From contig CAWFFH010000003.1 in assembly GCA_963815095.1 (NCBI GenBank), forward strand, positions 960,001 to 1,024,000: a stretch of DNA of 64,000 nt. The letters run 5' to 3'. The DNA comes from Candidatus Bathyarchaeota archaeon. GTDB lineage: Archaea; Thermoproteota; Bathyarchaeia; Bathyarchaeales; Bathycorpusculaceae. Of this stretch, positions 17,818-26,961 are shown one piece after another. The notes below the pieces were generated by a model. The model ran no database searches and was not told where the DNA came from. It saw only the letters and a program-made list of their open reading frames with translations. A program made the position numbers and the translations under genes. Position 1 is the stretch's first letter. Every line of letters begins with the position of its first letter.

Positions 17818-17840
17818 GTTCGAATCCCACCTTGCGCCAA
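17818..17840 (+). repeat. Degenerate tRNA-Leu 3' end copy 3
   Basis: gttcgaatcccacc is identical to the tRNA (14 nt), then ttgcgccaa versus ccctgcaccaa. Confidence 0.7.
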
Positions 17841-17966
17841 AATTGGTCTCGATAGAAACTGGAATGCCTTAAAAATCCTTGAAATAATATTCTTTACTTA
17901 TCTATTTCTTGTTAGGCAAATGACAATGTTTTCTGAGTATTGAACGATTTCAAGAATTCAAAAAGA

Positions 17967-18263
17967 TTATGGGGTATATTGTTCAACAATTCTCTTTGCT
18001 TGTTCTTCAGACAGATAGTCACTCAGATATATTTTGATGAGGTCTCTTAGAACTTTCCTTCGCTCTTCCTTGTTCTTTTCATTGTTTGACGCATCATTAA
18101 TACAACTATATTGATTGTTAATTGCGCTATTTGGGTTGTTGATATCGTAATTTGGATTGTTGATGTCGCTTTTTGGATTATTCAGATAACTATCGGGATT
18201 TTTGTCTTGGGCTCGCAAATCTTTAATAATTCTTCTAAAAAGTACACCAATTGTAATGGGCAT
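17967..18263 (-). CDS. Hypothetical protein with Asn-rich 7-residue repeats
   Basis: NNPKSDI-NNPNYDI-NNPNSAI-NNQYSCI; AGGAGTG RBS. Confidence 0.6.
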   Translation of the reverse strand: MPITIGVLFRRIIKDLRAQDKNPDSYLNNPKSDINNPNYDINNPNSAINNQYSCINDASNNEKNKEERRKVLRDLIKIYLSDYLSEEQAKRIVEQYTP

Positions 18264-18378
18264 AAAAACACTCCTTGTAGACGGCTCTATTTCTAAGGCA
18301 AAACAATCTTATTAGTCTATCAGGTTCCCTCCTTGAAATTGAAAAAGTATTTTGCGAATGATTCTACGAGTCTCAGAT

Positions 18379-18403
18379 GGTTCGAATCCCACACGCTGCA
18401 CTA
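18379..18403 (+). repeat. Degenerate tRNA-Leu 3' end copy 4
   Basis: ggttcgaatcccacacgctgcacta versus ggttcgaatcccaccccctgcacca (22/25). Confidence 0.8.
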
Positions 18404-19026
18404 TTGCTGACTGTTTGTTAGAAGGAGAAAAACAGCTATTCTTACAGAAAATTGTTCTTCTTCTTTCAAAGATTTCTATAACTTAGTTTTAACAGTCAAG
18501 GTTGATATCCTGATCCAGGAGAAGATGATGATGGTGATGATGATGATGCGACAACGATTTTGCACTACAGGAGTGTCATCTATCAAAACTAACCCAAATT
18601 ACACAATATTAGCCCGAGCCATTTGGAGCCGGAGAAGTTGGCTGCTGATGCTGCTGCAACCCGATTCTGGAAATCAACTGTTGCATCTTCTAAAGAATCA
18701 AGCCTGACTTTCTAACTTCAAAGTTGAAAGAAAGAGGATCAACAAAGGGAGATAGAAGTTGTTCTTCCAGAGTCGTTCTGGTTCATTTGAAACGAACCTT
18801 ATTGAGGATCCAATATTCTGTTATTTCCCTACATACCCGAGGGTATAGATTACACAACCAATCATATCATTTAACATGCCAAAGTTCAAAATGCGTTTTT
18901 TTAAGTAGAAACCCTTATCTTTTAACATAACAAGTTTTAATGCAGGACTTTTCACCATTAAGAGGAAGATTTGTCTTAGACAAATCAAATAGACGTCGAA
19001 AAGTCTTGAAAAGTAGGATGCAAATA

Positions 19027-19815
19027 ATGTCTGAACATAAACCTGTATGGCCTGAATCGGGCGACCTTGTAATCGCCACGATTGAAAGTGTGATGGATTA
19101 TGGAGCATACGCTAACCTCGATGAATACAGCAGACGAGGTTTTCTTCATATCAGCGAAATCTCCAGCGCACGCATAAGAAACGTCCGAGACTTTGTTCGC
19201 GAAAACCAAAAAATGGTCCTCAAAGTCCTCCGCGTAGACATCGAAAAAGGCCACATTGACCTATCGTTACGACGAGTAACCAAACGTGAACGTATAGAAA
19301 AAATCAAATCCTGGAAAAAAGACCGCAAAGGCGATGCTCTCCTGCATGCCGTAGCTGAAAAAACGGGATTATCCATACATGAAGTCTACCAGCAAGCAGG
19401 CGTTCTCCTCGAAGAAAAATACGGCTTATACGACGGCTTCGAAAAAGTCGTAAAAGAAGGTACAGATGTCCTAACTAAACTAAACATACCCGAAGACCTC
19501 GCCAAAGTTATTGCTCAAGTTGCAGAAGAACGCATAAAAATTAAGACAGTGCAGGTCAAAGGCGTCATTGAGATTCGATGCATGAAGCCCAACGGTGTTC
19601 GTTGCATCCAAGAAGCATTCGGAAAAGCAAAGAAAGCACAAGAAGCAAAAGACGCTAAAATCGAGTTCGCAGTGATTGCTGCCCCAAAATACAGCGTAGA
19701 AGTTTCCGCTGATAATTGGAAACGCGCTGAAGAAGTATTAGATAAAGTGAGCGAAGACGTGGTTGCCAACATTACTAAAGCGGGCGGGCACGGGTCTTTT
19801 AAAAGAGAGAAATAG
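19027..19815 (+). CDS. eif2a: Translation initiation factor aIF2 alpha subunit
   Basis: WPESGDLVIAT S1 domain, GFLHISEIS, KGHIDLSLRRV, AAPKY; ATG at 19027. Confidence 0.95.
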   Translation: MSEHKPVWPESGDLVIATIESVMDYGAYANLDEYSRRGFLHISEISSARIRNVRDFVRENQKMVLKVLRVDIEKGHIDLSLRRVTKRERIEKIKSWKKDRKGDALLHAVAEKTGLSIHEVYQQAGVLLEEKYGLYDGFEKVVKEGTDVLTKLNIPEDLAKVIAQVAEERIKIKTVQVKGVIEIRCMKPNGVRCIQEAFGKAKKAQEAKDAKIEFAVIAAPKYSVEVSADNWKRAEEVLDKVSEDVVANITKAGGHGSFKREK

Positions 19816-19826
19816 ATGGTGAAGAT

Positions 19827-20201
19827 TTGAGAGAAGCTACTGAAAAATTAGAATGGGGTCAAGTCGAGAAAATTGGGAAAGGCACCAAGGCGAACTTTGA
19901 TTCAAAAAAGAAAACTCTAACTTTTTGCTTCAACCGCGGTCCCGAAATGTCAAGCGAACTGTTGAGAACATCGCGGGAGCTTTTGATGAAAGAGCTAACT
20001 GCCTTGGGCTATTCCAGCCGCATGAAATACAACGGCGAAGTAGTTGTTGACAACGTTCAAGAAAATGATGTAGTTCTGGTCAAGAAAAACCATAAACTTG
20101 TGATTAGCTTAAACAAAAAGCAAACCGAAGAAAAAGCAAGTTCAGCTGCAGAGTCAATTGAATCCAAGAACAGGACTCAAAGCAACATAAAATTTTCTTA
20201 A
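19827..20201 (+). CDS. Hypothetical protein
   Basis: 124 aa; GGTGA RBS directly after aIF2-alpha. Confidence 0.65.
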   Translation: MREATEKLEWGQVEKIGKGTKANFDSKKKTLTFCFNRGPEMSSELLRTSRELLMKELTALGYSSRMKYNGEVVVDNVQENDVVLVKKNHKLVISLNKKQTEEKASSAAESIESKNRTQSNIKFS

Positions 20202-20323
20202 TTTCCCCCTAAATTTTTACTTTAGACTACGGAAGGCAAAATCTCAGCTCAATAAAATACTCCTAATTCCAAAAGTCATTTTGGGAAAACAACTAAATAC
20301 TTGACTATGGCAATGTTAGAGCT

Positions 20324-21016
20324 ATGGCATTTCCAAGAAAACAATCGCATAAAAAAGCATACATCGCAATACTTCTCTCAGTTGTACTAATAGCTTCATC
20401 TGCAGCAGTTATCCTTGCAACCCAGCCTAGTTCTGCAAAAGCGATAGTGGGTGTTCATGTTGGGGACACTTTTACCTATAGCTTAATGGGCATATCAAAT
20501 TTATCGGGTTTAAATGCAGTAGAAACTCCAGGGTTCTCAATTTACAATGATACAGATAATTATAAAATTACCATAACAGCAATAAATGGTAGCTCAGTGA
20601 CATTGGATACGGTTTGGTTATTCAAAAACGGCACGGCGCTTCCTTCAGCACAAACAATAGATTTATCAAATGGAGCCAAAACCGACCAGAACGGCTTCTG
20701 GGCCATTTATGCTTCTAACCTTAACTTGGGTGACCCGCTTCGTCCAACTGGACATGATGGATTAACCGTTAACCAAACTAGTCCACGAACATATGCGAGC
20801 GGTTCGAGAGATAGTAACTTTATGACAATTGGCGCTGAATCCTATCTCGGGACCGATCCAACACATAATACATTGCGTTATGATTTAACCGGTGCCTGGT
20901 TCGACAAACAAACAGGCATGCTTGAAAACTTAACTTGGATAACCGAATATAATAATCCAGAAATGACTGAAGTTATCACCTGGAAACTCATAAGCTCGTC
21001 AGTTTGGACTGTTTAA
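20324..21016 (+). CDS. Secreted or membrane-anchored hypothetical protein
   Basis: N-terminal TM; VGVHVGDTFTY..WFDKQTGML; several N-x-S/T sequons. Confidence 0.75.
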   Translation: MAFPRKQSHKKAYIAILLSVVLIASSAAVILATQPSSAKAIVGVHVGDTFTYSLMGISNLSGLNAVETPGFSIYNDTDNYKITITAINGSSVTLDTVWLFKNGTALPSAQTIDLSNGAKTDQNGFWAIYASNLNLGDPLRPTGHDGLTVNQTSPRTYASGSRDSNFMTIGAESYLGTDPTHNTLRYDLTGAWFDKQTGMLENLTWITEYNNPEMTEVITWKLISSSVWTV

Positions 21017-21094
21017 TAGATTCCTTTCCATTTTTATTACCCAAGCAACTATAGTCAAGACCTCTTCTTTTCAAGACTTAAGGAGAACGTATCT

Positions 21095-23008
21095 TCATTT
21101 TTGTTTTGATTTAATAGCTGCCAGTTTTCCGCCTGCTTTAACCATGCTTTTTTCCAAGTCGCTAAGACTCAAAATAACTTCTATCTTTGTATCTTTGGTC
21201 AAGTTCTTTATGCATATGTGCGGCTTTAACTCTTTAACATCTAACTCCAGCAAGTCACCTTGCGTAATGCCTGAATAATCTTGTTTATCCACAAAAGATA
21301 AGGGTAGTATTCCGAAGTTGACCAGGTTAGCCATGTGGATTCTTGCAAAGGATTTGGCAATTATAGCTTTTACGCCGAGGTATTTTGGTGCAAGTGCCGC
21401 GTGTTCACGTGAGGAGCCTTGACCATAGTTTTCGCCGCCCACAATAAACCCGCCGTTTTTCTCAAGAGCTCGATTAGCAAAGGTTTTGTCAATATAAACA
21501 AAGGTGTATTTGCTTATCTCTGGAATGTTGCTTCTAAGAGACATGATTTCGGAACCGCCTGGCAGGATGTCGTCGGTTGAGATGTTGTCGCCCAATTTAA
21601 GCAACACTTCTCCTGAAAGCTCATGTGGTGTAGGTTTGAAGTTGGGTAAGGGCTTAATGTTTGGTCCCATTACCACTTTGCTTGTTGGTTTAGCGGTTGG
21701 ATAAATGAACATGGCGTCGCTTAAAACAAACATTTCAGGCATAGAAATCTCGGGGTACTTGCCGAGTTTTCGAGGATCAGTTATTTTGCCAGTGAGAGCT
21801 GCGGCAACCGCAGTTTCGGGACTAACCAAGTAGACTTTGGCGTCTTGTGTTCCACTGCGTCCTTTGAAGTTGCGGTTAAATGTTCGCAGTGACACGCCCT
21901 CACTGGTTGGGGCCTGCCCGATTCCAATGCATGGACCACATGCATTCTCTAAGATTCTGGCTCCTGACTGAATTAAGGGCTCAAGCTCGCCTGTGGCTGC
22001 AAGGTTTTGCATGGCTTGTCTTGACCCAGCTGAAATGGTGAGGCTAGTGTTCTCATTGACTTTTTTGCCTTTGAGCATGGCGGAGACGATTTTTAGATCC
22101 CGCAGAGAAGAGTTGGTGCAGCTGCCGATGCAAACTTGATCAACTGGGGTACCTTCCAATTCAGATAAGGCTTTTACATTGTCGGGACTGTGAGGCAAAG
22201 CGATTAAGGGCTCCACTTTTGAAAGGTCGATGTCTATAGTCTCTGAATATTTTGCGTTATCATCTGCTTTAAGCTCAATCCACTGATCTTCGCGTCCTTG
22301 ACCACGCAAGAAAAGCTTTGTGGCTTCGTCGGAAGGAAAAACAGATGTAGTTGCGCCTGTCTCGGTGCCCATGTTAGTTATCGTTCCACGCTCGGGAACA
22401 CTCAGAGTTTTGACTCCTGGACCATAATACTCTATGATCTTGTTAACTCCGCCCTTCACAGTTAATTGTTTTAGGACTTGAAGTATGACGTCTTTGGCAG
22501 AAACGTATGGCGAAAGCTTGCCGGTTAATTTTATTCCTGTGATGCTGGGCATTTCCAGGTAGAAAGGTTCACCTGCCATGGCTGCGGCAACATCTAAGCC
22601 TCCAGCTCCGATAGCAATCATGCCCATCCCGCCTGCAGTTGGCGTGTGGCTGTCGCTTCCCAAAAGCGTAGCGCCTGGTTTGGCAAAACGTTCCAGGTAA
22701 AGTTGGTGGCAGATGCCGTTGCCTGGACGCGAAAAGACGATTCCGTATTTTGCGGCAACTCCTTGCAAGTAGCGGTGATCGTCGGCGTTGCGGAAATCGT
22801 TCTGGAGCATGTTGTGGTCAACAAAACTCAAGCTCAACTCGGTTTTGACTTTTGGGATACCCATAGCTTCAAACTCAAGGTAAGCCAACGTGCCCGTGGA
22901 ATCTTGAGTTAAGGTGTGGTCTATTTTTAGGGCAATTTCTTCTCCAGCAACCATCTTTCCATGAGCTAAGTGTTTATCAATTACTTTTTCCGCAACGGAA
23001 TGGTTCAC
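21095..23008 (-). CDS. acn: Aconitate hydratase (compact type)
   Basis: TQDSTG, DHN, GICHQ, DSHT, IGSCTNS, CGPCIG, NRNF, NYGQGSSREHAA; likely GTG start at 23008. Confidence 0.93.
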   Translation of the reverse strand: MNHSVAEKVIDKHLAHGKMVAGEEIALKIDHTLTQDSTGTLAYLEFEAMGIPKVKTELSLSFVDHNMLQNDFRNADDHRYLQGVAAKYGIVFSRPGNGICHQLYLERFAKPGATLLGSDSHTPTAGGMGMIAIGAGGLDVAAAMAGEPFYLEMPSITGIKLTGKLSPYVSAKDVILQVLKQLTVKGGVNKIIEYYGPGVKTLSVPERGTITNMGTETGATTSVFPSDEATKLFLRGQGREDQWIELKADDNAKYSETIDIDLSKVEPLIALPHSPDNVKALSELEGTPVDQVCIGSCTNSSLRDLKIVSAMLKGKKVNENTSLTISAGSRQAMQNLAATGELEPLIQSGARILENACGPCIGIGQAPTSEGVSLRTFNRNFKGRSGTQDAKVYLVSPETAVAAALTGKITDPRKLGKYPEISMPEMFVLSDAMFIYPTAKPTSKVVMGPNIKPLPNFKPTPHELSGEVLLKLGDNISTDDILPGGSEIMSLRSNIPEISKYTFVYIDKTFANRALEKNGGFIVGGENYGQGSSREHAALAPKYLGVKAIIAKSFARIHMANLVNFGILPLSFVDKQDYSGITQGDLLELDVKELKPHICIKNLTKDTKIEVILSLSDLEKSMVKAGGKLAAIKSKQK

Positions 23009-23161
23009 TTTTTTTATCCCTCTTGAATTAGCGTGATTGTTATTGTATGCCAAATAAAAAGAGGGAAATTAAGTTTCGCATCCAACTTCAAGATTTAGCG
23101 GCTTTTTTGACGGAAAAAATGAAATAGTCAATCACTATCAGCTATAACAAGAGGCAAAGCT

Positions 23162-23929
23162 ATGTCGTTTAATGCAAAAATGCAGAAAGCAGCAAAAAAC
23201 AAAAATTCCCGCATCGTTTTGGCGCTGGATTTTCCATTCGAACATGCCCAGAACCAGGAGAAAGTTTTGTCAAAAGCCCAGAGGGTCCTCAAAGCCGCTC
23301 ACCCCTACATTTGTGCAGTTAAAATTAATCACCACCTTACTTTGCCCCTGGGTCTTTTTGAAGGCGTAAAAAAGCTTGTAGAGCAGATACGGGGAGATGG
23401 TATGCTTGCGATAATGGATGCTAAAGTCAACGACATAGGCAACACCAACCAAATTATTGCCAATTACTATTACGCAGCTGGCTTCGACGCCATAATCGCC
23501 AACCCGTTCGTAGGATGGGACGAGGGCTTAAAGCCGCTCTTTGAAACATCCAAAAAACAGAGTAAAGGTGTGATTCTGCTCACTTACATGAGCCATAAAG
23601 GCGCCTGCGAAGGTTATGGCCAAACGGTAATCAATCCAGACACTTTAGAACAAACCCCACAATACGTTGCCTTTGCTAAAAAAGCCTTAAAATGGGGTGC
23701 CGATGGAGTGGTTGTTGGTGCAACAGTGCCTGAAAAAATAGCTGAAGTCAAGCGGATTCTTGGCGAAAACGTTGATATTTATTCGCCTGGGGTAGGTGCG
23801 CAGGGTGGGGCCGCGGAAAAAGCCATCAAAGCAGGTGCCAGTTACATAATCGTTGGGAGAGAAATAACAAACTCAGATGACCCAGCACAAACTGCGAGTA
23901 TGCTTTGTGATTCAATAAAAGGAATATAA
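23162..23929 (+). CDS. pyrF: Orotidine 5'-phosphate decarboxylase
   Basis: LALD, DAKVNDIGNT, SPGVGAQGG, IVGR. Confidence 0.95.
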   Translation: MSFNAKMQKAAKNKNSRIVLALDFPFEHAQNQEKVLSKAQRVLKAAHPYICAVKINHHLTLPLGLFEGVKKLVEQIRGDGMLAIMDAKVNDIGNTNQIIANYYYAAGFDAIIANPFVGWDEGLKPLFETSKKQSKGVILLTYMSHKGACEGYGQTVINPDTLEQTPQYVAFAKKALKWGADGVVVGATVPEKIAEVKRILGENVDIYSPGVGAQGGAAEKAIKAGASYIIVGREITNSDDPAQTASMLCDSIKGI

Positions 23930-23937
23930 CCGCAGTT

Positions 23938-24090
23938 TTATCTGCGTTTGTTTTCCCAGAGTTCTTTTTTGAGCAAGTCCCGAACTGAAGAGCGGATTAC
24001 GCTGCTTCTGCTTGGGTACATATTTGCTCGGACAAGTTCATCTAAACCTTCGAGATAAGCTTCTGGTAATAAGACTGTTACAAGTTTCAA
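23938..24090 (-). CDS. Ribbon-helix-helix (CopG/CdrS-like) regulator, 50 aa
   Basis: Below the track cutoff: MKLVTVLLPEAYLEGLDELVRANMYPSRSSVIRSSVRDLLKKELWENKRR; strong GAGGAGG RBS. Confidence 0.9.
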   Translation of the reverse strand: MKLVTVLLPEAYLEGLDELVRANMYPSRSSVIRSSVRDLLKKELWENKRR

Positions 24091-24168
24091 TTTGTTTTAT
24101 CCTCCTCAAACTATATCATGCATATAACATGTGGCAAATATAAAATTAACGTAGAAAACCCTAACCAA

Positions 24169-25011
24169 TCACAATTGCCGAAGCTGATTCAGCGTTCCCA
24201 AAAACGTACCATCCAACAGATAAAGCTCAGCCTCATCAACATCTACCGCTTCCGAACGCAAAACAGGCCCAATCAACGCTTCATTGCCAATTTCTTTTCG
24301 AGGACGGGTTTCGTTTACAGGTCTACCGCCCAAAAAATCGTTAAAACTAGGCATGATATAAATCTCCTCAGCCTTTGCTTTGATGTTGTAATGTTTCTTT
24401 AACGATTCAGCTACTGAGCCTTCAATTTTTACTCCGCTTTTCTGCAAAAGAATTTTCGCGAATGCTTCGGTGTCGCATTTGGCTTTCATCCACACTTGTC
24501 TAGTAATTTTACACCCCGTTGGGTCATGGAAAACCACCACTGGATGCAAATGCCCCATTACCAACGTTTTACAACCTAACAACTCGGGTGAAGGCCATTT
24601 GTGACCGTGAAAAACCCCTACATCACCAATCACTGCTCCCGTTGCAGGCAAAAGCTCAATATTCGCTGGCAACAAATGTTCCAAGTTTGCGTCATGATTT
24701 CCACGAACAACAGCTATGCTGTCAACACAACTTGAGAGTTTATCAATAAAGTCAGGAATGTCTCGCCATTCGCCAAATTCATGCGAAACCACAGTGTACT
24801 TCACGTCGCCGAGAATAACCAGCCTTTCAGGGTTGTATTTGGTAATAATGGCGGTTAACTTGTTTAGTATCTTTGAGGTTTGGCTGGGCACATGGATACC
24901 TTTTTCTTGAAGCTGTATCTCCCAGCCCAGATGCGGATCAGCGATAAGCAGAGTTTTGGTTTTTGTGGTTTTTACGAGGGCGCAAGCGCTGGGCAAAAGC
25001 AACTTTAACAT
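24169..25011 (-). CDS. Metallophosphoesterase (ICC-like)
   Basis: ADPHLG, LGD, GNHD, HGH, GHLHP. Confidence 0.9.
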   Translation of the reverse strand: MLKLLLPSACALVKTTKTKTLLIADPHLGWEIQLQEKGIHVPSQTSKILNKLTAIITKYNPERLVILGDVKYTVVSHEFGEWRDIPDFIDKLSSCVDSIAVVRGNHDANLEHLLPANIELLPATGAVIGDVGVFHGHKWPSPELLGCKTLVMGHLHPVVVFHDPTGCKITRQVWMKAKCDTEAFAKILLQKSGVKIEGSVAESLKKHYNIKAKAEEIYIMPSFNDFLGGRPVNETRPRKEIGNEALIGPVLRSEAVDVDEAELYLLDGTFLGTLNQLRQL

Positions 25012-25835
25012 CAGGGATTAACCAGACTCAAAATTTTTTGATGAATCTCTATATTGGCTGAAGCAACAAAACTCAGGGTTTGTTTTGGATCCAACTTTAC
25101 ATTTATCGGTTTGTTTTCTGGGTTGGTTACAATTCCACCTGCTTCTTTAACTATAAGGAATCCTGCGGCTACGTCAGTTGTGCGGATTTTGTTTCGAAGA
25201 TCTATAAAGGCATCAGTCAAGCCTTCAGCGACAAAACATATCTCCGGAGCGTTGGCCCCCCAATGTCGCGTATGTTTAATGTTTTCCATTAAGGATGTAA
25301 AAGTTGGTAAATTGACTTTGGTTTTGTAAGCGTTTAGATCGATGCCTATTACCGCTTCATCCAACGATGTGGTTTTTGAAGTCGTGATTCGTTTGCCATT
25401 GCGGTAGGCGCCTCCGCCTGCAAATGCGATGTAAGCTACGTCGTGAAAGAGATCCACAATCATGCCTGCGTAAACGTCGGTAAGTTCAGGTTTATTGGAT
25501 ACGGCTATTGAGGAAGCGTAGAAAGGCAATCCGCGCACTAGGTTTGTTGTGCCATCGATTGGATCAACACACAAGTAGCACTCTTTGGGCGAAGAGCCAT
25601 ATTCTTTGATGCCTGATTCCTCGCTGATTAACGTAAAGGAAACACCGTGCTTTTGAAGGATGTCCACGATGGCTGTTTCAGCTGCCAAATCGACGGGTTT
25701 CATCATATCGCCGCCGGCCCCCATACCTAAGTTGGGTTGAGGTTCCTTGAGGGTTTTCAGGCATGGCTTAATGTTTTTTTGTATATTGCTCTTGCATTCA
25801 GTGAATATTTGTTGCATATCCGTTTGAGTTTTCAT
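25011..25835 (-). CDS. suhB: Inositol monophosphatase / FBPase family protein
   Basis: SEE, DPIDGTTN, DVAAGFLIVKEAGG. Confidence 0.9.
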   Translation of the reverse strand: MKTQTDMQQIFTECKSNIQKNIKPCLKTLKEPQPNLGMGAGGDMMKPVDLAAETAIVDILQKHGVSFTLISEESGIKEYGSSPKECYLCVDPIDGTTNLVRGLPFYASSIAVSNKPELTDVYAGMIVDLFHDVAYIAFAGGGAYRNGKRITTSKTTSLDEAVIGIDLNAYKTKVNLPTFTSLMENIKHTRHWGANAPEICFVAEGLTDAFIDLRNKIRTTDVAAGFLIVKEAGGIVTNPENKPINVKLDPKQTLSFVASANIEIHQKILSLVNP

Positions 25836-26016
25836 TGCTTAACCTTCATTTTCTATATTGTTCGCCAAGTTGATAAGGAGTATACCAACATAATTTTAGA
25901 GATGGTTTTCTCTACCAAAAGAAATTATCAATAAAGGTATGGGCGAAAAGGATTAAAACTTTTCAACTATATTTCATTAAAAGTTTGATTGGAATAAAAT
26001 TTTTGCCAAGTAAGAC

Positions 26017-26241
26017 TTAGGGTTTGATTTTACTAACTCTGTTAGAAGAAGAGATGTAACTATGCCCCTGCACTGTAACAACATATTTGCCCTTGTTTTG
26101 CGTGAGCATGCTTTGTCTTGTGAGAATTGTCAAATAGGATTCTGCCTGCACATCATTCAAACCTAACCTGCTCATAATTCTGCCCTTATCTTTTGGTGTT
26201 TCACAGAAACGGATAATTCCTATCCTTTCACTAATAGCCAT
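26017..26241 (-). CDS. Small winged-helix protein
   Basis: KGRIMSRLGLN..YLTILT..GKYVVTVQG. Confidence 0.65.
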   Translation of the reverse strand: MAISERIGIIRFCETPKDKGRIMSRLGLNDVQAESYLTILTRQSMLTQNKGKYVVTVQGHSYISSSNRVSKIKP

Positions 26242-26436
26242 ACTAACTCACAAGACATTTACTCCTTGAGTAGCAATTAAGCATACGTGACTGTTTGGCA
26301 GCTACAACAATCAAGCGTAACTGTATTCTTTTTGGATTCAAGAAACTTATTTTCAGCAATAAATAAGAATCCCAAATACTCTAATAATAAACAAGAAACC
26401 TGAAGCCGTAACTCAACCCTTATCGGTGGGTACATT

Positions 26437-26808
26437 ATGGGAAAAAAAATACATCTACCTCAAATAGCTAGAAAAGCGGGAGAACAGGTCTTTACTAAGC
26501 CAGCCACAACCAAATATCCTTTCGTGAAGCCTCAGTTGGCAGACAATTTTAGAGGTCAACCAGTCTTTGATTTTTCGTCATGTATTGGCTGCGGTTTATG
26601 CGCAAGGGATTGCCCAGCAAAAGCAATAGAGATGGTTGAAGCAGAAGGGAAGAAACATCCACAAATTAACCTATCCAAATGTGTGTTTTGTTACCAATGT
26701 GCTGAAACTTGCCCAAAAAAAGCCATAAAAAACTCATCTACCTACGAGTTAGCTACAACAGACAAATCCACCTTAGTTAAAAAACCACAGTCAGACACTA
26801 AAATTTAA
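26437..26808 (+). CDS. 2x[4Fe-4S] ferredoxin-like protein (NuoI/hydrogenase-subunit type)
   Basis: TTKYPF..FRG; CIGCGLCARDCP; CVFCYQCAETCP. Confidence 0.9.
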   Translation: MGKKIHLPQIARKAGEQVFTKPATTKYPFVKPQLADNFRGQPVFDFSSCIGCGLCARDCPAKAIEMVEAEGKKHPQINLSKCVFCYQCAETCPKKAIKNSSTYELATTDKSTLVKKPQSDTKI

Positions 26809-26961
26809 CAAAAAACGATTTTATTTAGCTTTTACTTGCGTTACAATTACTTTAGATCCACTAAACCTCTGGAATATTTGCAAAAATTCGCAAGTTGAAA
26901 CTGAAAAATTCATGAAAACTCTTAAATTATACAATTCCCAACTGAACTGCAGGTCTCCTTC

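Noticed and set aside
18404-18940. (GAT)n tract and short ORFs 18525-18707, 18724-18930 and 18821-19108
   Set aside because: Looks like decayed sequence; no frame gives a recognisable protein.
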